Source: Camelus dromedarius (Eukaryota). From it: 64,000 nucleotides of DNA. Made by a program: the position numbers and the translations under genes. Location: positions 74,650,001-74,714,000 of the forward strand of contig NC_087437.1 in NCBI RefSeq assembly GCF_036321535.1, written 5' to 3'. Shown in pieces: positions 63,701-64,000 of the stretch (positions are counted from its first letter, which is position 1; each line of letters starts with the position of its first letter). The notes beneath the pieces are model-generated. The model made no database searches. It was not told where the DNA came from and saw only the letters and a program-made list of their open reading frames with translations.

Positions 63701-64000
63701 AGCTTTGGGAAGGAAAGGGTGGGTATAAGGATAAAGGAAGTAGAACCAATGATAGTATACAGAATATGAGCCCTGATACTAAACGGAAAATCTTGTTCCT
63801 TTGTTTACTACATAAAATCTTTTTACCCACCATCCTTAAATGGTGGGGCAAACTACTCAAAGCCCAGAATTTTGTGTATTTCTTATTTTATTGGTCACTT
63901 TTAAGGGGTGGTATGGAATGGTCTATCTTATTCTAACAGTTTTTCAAAATTCTTTTCTAACTTGCTTTACAGGAATAAAAAAATAATGAAAAGATTAAGT
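54770..64000 (+). CDS. DPPA2: Developmental pluripotency-associated protein 2, 3-prime incomplete: join(54770-54793,57428-57578,59033-59178,59275-59328,59880-60138,61699-61894,63973->64000)
   Basis: [68 protein letters not shown]...[20 protein letters not shown] match recalled human DPPA2; phases consistent. Confidence 0.95.
54835..55143 (-). mobile_element. Two adjacent tRNA-derived SINEs (54835-54996, 55040-55143) at the start of DPPA2 intron 1
   Basis: Same consensus twice. Confidence 0.85.
55250..55701 (-). mobile_element. LINE-1 3-prime UTR fragment in DPPA2 intron 1
   Basis: Antisense similarity to 18250-18690; T-rich tail on the left. Confidence 0.85.
57230..57318 (-). mobile_element. 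tRNA-derived SINE (Vic-1-like)
   Basis: Same consensus. Confidence 0.82.
57428..57578 (+). CDS. DPPA2: DPPA2 coding exon 2
   Basis: ttttccag| acceptor, G|gtatga donor, 151 nt. Confidence 0.93.
57935..58345 (-). mobile_element. Older LINE-1 3-prime fragment in DPPA2 intron 2
   Basis: ttttgaggtataattg...tagatccccagaacttattcatc...ttagattccacatataag, typical L1 3-prime end. Confidence 0.75.
59033..59178 (+). CDS. DPPA2: DPPA2 coding exon 3 (SAP domain); 5-prime boundary uncertain, 59018 by homology or 59033 at the first available AG
   Basis: AAG|gtgagt donor; the homologous acceptor position reads GG. Confidence 0.85.
59275..59328 (+). CDS. DPPA2: DPPA2 coding exon 4 ([18 protein letters not shown])
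   Basis: cccctag| acceptor, CAG|gtgagt donor, 54 nt. Confidence 0.95.
59418..59768. mobile_element. MER20-like element with nested SINE in DPPA2 intron 4
   Basis: ggtttttcaacc...ccctggcctctacccact...gttgagaactgctg. Confidence 0.55.
59503..59642 (-). mobile_element. tRNA-derived SINE (Vic-1-like)
   Basis: Same consensus. Confidence 0.85.
59880..60138 (+). CDS. DPPA2: DPPA2 coding exon 5
   Basis: catttgcag| acceptor, G|gtaaga donor, 259 nt; [24 protein letters not shown]. Confidence 0.95.
61699..61894 (+). CDS. DPPA2: DPPA2 coding exon 6, C-terminal domain
   Basis: ggcccag| acceptor, AG|gtaacc donor, 196 nt. Confidence 0.97.
61910..61989 (+). repeat. 40-bp tandem duplication
   Basis: ctttctaagtatgatacacagaaa(g/a)gtagatgtctaggtg twice, 39/40 identical. 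Confidence 0.95.
63481..63645 (+). repeat. Degenerate (CCTT/CCCT)n polypyrimidine microsatellite
   Basis: Directly visible. Confidence 0.95.
63973..64000 (+). CDS. DPPA2: DPPA2 coding exon 7, truncated by window end ([10 protein letters not shown])
   Basis: gctttacag| acceptor; recalled human RNKKMMKRLM. Confidence 0.92.

Overview
Mammalian genomic DNA, most likely a camelid (many copies of a tRNA-Ala-like SINE resembling Vic-1). The right half holds the tandem pluripotency genes DPPA4 (7 coding exons, 34024-42258, + strand, 308 aa as I splice it) and DPPA2 (7 coding exons from 54770, running off the window at 64000). The left ~33 kb is non-coding and rich in solo LTRs, L1/L2 fragments, DNA-transposon relics and SINEs. 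Two things stand out. (1) Between DPPA4 and DPPA2 lies a decayed, intron-containing third DPPA2/4 paralog that the ORF track misses: SAP-domain exons 3 and 4 and exon 5 are recognisable at 46150-47110, with a possible promoter/exon-1 relic at ~43760 and an ERVL provirus inserted just downstream. (2) The expected splice acceptor of DPPA2 exon 3 reads GG instead of AG, and an in-frame AG 15 nt downstream could rescue splicing with loss of 5 residues. All alignments were made by eye; repeat family names come from recall and need RepeatMasker/Dfam confirmation.
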